From positions 62,001 to 126,000 of the forward strand of contig JAUCBJ010009060.1 of assembly GCA_032718475.1 (NCBI GenBank): DNA of 64,000 nucleotides, read 5' to 3'. This document shows positions 61,174 to 64,000 of the stretch, one piece after another. The notes below the pieces were generated by a model that made no database searches, was not told the DNA's origin, and was given only the letters and a program-made list of their open reading frames with translations. Source of the DNA: Nemertoderma westbladi. Its lineage: Eukaryota; Animalia; Xenacoelomorpha. The position numbers were made by a program, and so were the translations under genes. Each line of letters begins with the position of its first letter. Within the stretch, counting starts at the first letter, position 1.

Positions 61174-62422
61174 CCGATTCTCCGTACTTAGTTCCAAGTT
61201 AAGCCTCATGCGAATTTAGTTCCATTGGAAACGAATTTAGTTCCAATTTTGGCGAATTTAGTTCCAATTTAGGCGAACTTAGTTCCAATAACTAGAGAAA
61301 AACGAAAACGAATTTATTTCCAATGCATGCGAACTTAGTTCCAATGTATGCAAACTTAGTTCCAATGGATGCGAATTTAGTTCCAATGCATGCGAACTTA
61401 GTTCCAATGCATGCGAACTTAGTTCCAATGGATGCGAATTTAGTTCCAATGCATGCGAACTTAGTTCCAATGCATGCGAACTTAGTTCCAATGCATGCGA
61501 ACTTAGTTCCAATGGTTGCGAATTTAGTTCCAAGGGAAGCAAATTTAGTTCCAATGTTTCAGGTGTGAGGCGAGCCACGTATTTGGCGAAGAATCTGTTT
61601 AATGAAACTATTAGGTGGATGGTTAAATAATAAATGTAAATAACTAACCCATAACGCCCAACCTCCTAACCAAAACAATCTTATCCCAAACAACGCCCAA
61701 CCTCTTAACCCAAACAATTCAATTAAGTTCATTAGATTTAATCATTTAAAATGATATTCATTGTAAAAAAACAACGCCCAAGCTCTTAACCCAAACTACG
61801 CCCAACCTCCTAACCCAATCAACGCCCATCCACCTCAACCGAAACAACTGGTAAATATTGTAATTGATGTGAAAATGGCACAATGTGCATGACTTGAGTA
61901 TAGACTACTATATAGACTTAGTCAGTCAGTATCAGCATACTCGTGATTAATATATAATTCAAAAAGTGTAATTATACATTTAATTCATTAATAATAATTC
62001 GTTTTTTAAAAATGACAGAAGGGTTTTACAATTATTTACAATTCTTGTTGACCCTGACCCACCCCAAATAGTGGCAATACGCAAAAGGCTTCGCCTACTA
62101 CGCCTCCCACGATTGAAACATTGGAACTAAGTTCGTACCCATTGGAACTAAATTCGCTTCCATTGGAACTAAATTCGCATGCATTGGAACTAAATTCGCC
62201 TCCATTGGAACTAAATTCGCATGCATTGGAACTAAATTCGCATGCATTGGAGTTCCCATCCATTGGAACTAAATTCGTTTTGATATTCTGGGATTGGAAC
62301 TAAGTTTGCCTCGATTGGAACTAAGTTCGCTTTGTAAAATTTATTTTGGAACTAAATTCGTTTCAATTGGAACTAAGTTCGCCTTTGAAAATGTGCGATT
62401 GGAACTAAGTTCGTGCTACCGG
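61174..62422. mobile_element. Foldback/MITE-like non-autonomous DNA element with arms built from 21-bp subrepeats
   Basis: GCGAAYTTAGTTCCAATGCAT units at ~61185-61555 and inverted units at ~62120-62415; CCG...CGG termini; internal AACGCCCAACCTCCTAACC repeats; no TSD recognised. Confidence 0.75.
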
Positions 62423-62968
62423 TTTAACGCTGCAGTAATATGCTGGTTGACAAGATTGTTAAGAAACTACATATTTCCCATGTGCTGTAGATTACAAATG
62501 GACAAATCTAAAGTAAATGAATGTGTAAGGTTATTACAAACGCTAATGATACATTATCACCATTTCTACATTTCGTGTGACAGGTAATAAGGCATCAGTG
62601 TCACTTTGGAATTGAACCAGAGACTCACTTTGATTAATGTTATGCCATGTTTTTGTCGATGGGCATCTCGCCTTTATGTGGTTTGAATAAATTCGGCGAC
62701 TTACAGTCAATAAACACCCGCGAGACTATTGATTTTATTAAAAATATCATGGGCCGAATCGCCCATAATTACGCATTCAATTCAGCAACTGGAGGTAAAT
62801 TAGTTGATTACTTGGGCCAATTGTTTGTTAATCTCCAAAACCCAGATCGCCGGTGTAGCAAATTAGGGGATGGGGACAAAATTCGGGGTCAGATAGGGGG
62901 TTGGGGAGGGGGGGGGGGGGGGGGGGACTCAGCGCAAACAAAACGCATGAAAAATCCAACTGTGTATA

Positions 62969-63932
62969 ACTAGGGCCTACACTAACTGGAACTAGTGCCT
63001 ACACTAACAAGATCTAGGGCCTACACAAACTAGAACTAGGGCCTACACTAACTGGAACTAGTGCCTACACTAACTAGATCTAGTGCCTACACTAACTAGA
63101 TCTAGGGCCTACACTAACTAGAACTAGTGCCTACACTATCTAGATCTAGGGCCTACACAAACTAGAACTAGGGCCTACACTAACTGGAACGAGTGCCTAC
63201 ACTAACTAGATCTAGGGCCTACACTAACTAGATCTAGGGCCTACACTAACTAGATCTAGGGCCTACACAAACTAGAACTAGGGCCTACACTAACTGGAAC
63301 TAGTGCCTACACTAACTAGATCTAGGGCCTACACTAACTAGAACTAGTGCCTACACTAACTAGATCTAGGGCCTACACAAACTAGAACTAGGGTCTACAC
63401 TAACTGGAACTAGTGCCTACACTAACTAGATCTAGGGCCTACACTAACTAGATCTAGGGCCTACACAAACTAGAACTAGGGCCTACACTAACTGGAACTA
63501 GTGCCTACACTAACTAGATCTAGTGCCTACACTAACTAGATCTAGGGCCTACACTAACTAGAACTAGTGCCGACACTAACTAGATCTAGAACCTACACAA
63601 ACTAGGGCCTACACTAACTGGAACTAGTGCCTACACTAACTAGATCTAGGGCCTACAATAACTAGATCTAGGGCCTACACAAACTAGAACTAGGGCCTAC
63701 ACTAACTGGAACTAGTGCCTACACTAACTAGATCTAGGGCCTACACTAACTAGATCTAGGGCCTACACTAACTAGAACTAAGGCCTACACTAACTGGAAC
63801 TAGTGCCTACACTAACTAGAGTTAGTGCCTACACTAACTAGATCTAGGGCCTACACTAACTAGAACTAGGGCCTTCACTAACTAGATCTAGGGCCTACAC
63901 AAACTAGAACTAGGGCCTACACTAACTAGAAC
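62969..63932. repeat. 22-bp minisatellite (TAGKGCCTACACWAACTRGAWC), about 44 units
   Basis: Direct inspection; unit variants recur in short higher-order patterns. Confidence 0.95.
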
Positions 63933-64000
63933 ACCAACAATCCAATGTAGTGTAAACACTTTTAGATATTAAATTATTATATAAACTCCACTAACACAGT

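Noticed and set aside
61279-62303. LELSSHA / MHANLVP repeat ORFs
   Set aside because: These are translations of 21-bp subrepeats of an inverted-repeat element.
62969-63932. Common origin of the two 22-bp repeats
   Set aside because: They share only unit length and a few bases; there is no convincing alignment.

Overview
This is repeat-rich eukaryotic DNA, probably from an invertebrate metazoan, with no recognisable host gene. From left to right it holds: (1) a decayed RTE-type LINE interrupted by an intact Mag-clade Ty3/Gypsy element whose 5' LTR is truncated; (2) a BEL/Pao gag fragment and short repeats; (3) a head-to-tail tandem of two large BEL/Pao retrotransposons (15.1 and 17.3 kb units) sharing three ~1.9 kb direct repeats; (4) a small A/B-box element containing a hammerhead ribozyme; (5) an 11.6 kb satellite with a 22-bp unit; (6) RTE remnants, a foldback/MITE-like element and a second 22-bp minisatellite. 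The most unusual system is the BEL element. In the env position it carries a 1241-aa ORF with a DEDDy (RNase D/WRN/Mut-7-like) 3'-5' exonuclease domain and zinc knuckles, probably expressed by splicing. Each LTR contains an invariant tRNA-like Pol III cassette. About 15 copies of a ~20-nt hairpin motif are dispersed through the element regardless of reading frame. No canonical TG..CA termini or tRNA primer-binding site is visible. All domain calls are by-eye motif recognition; no searches were run.
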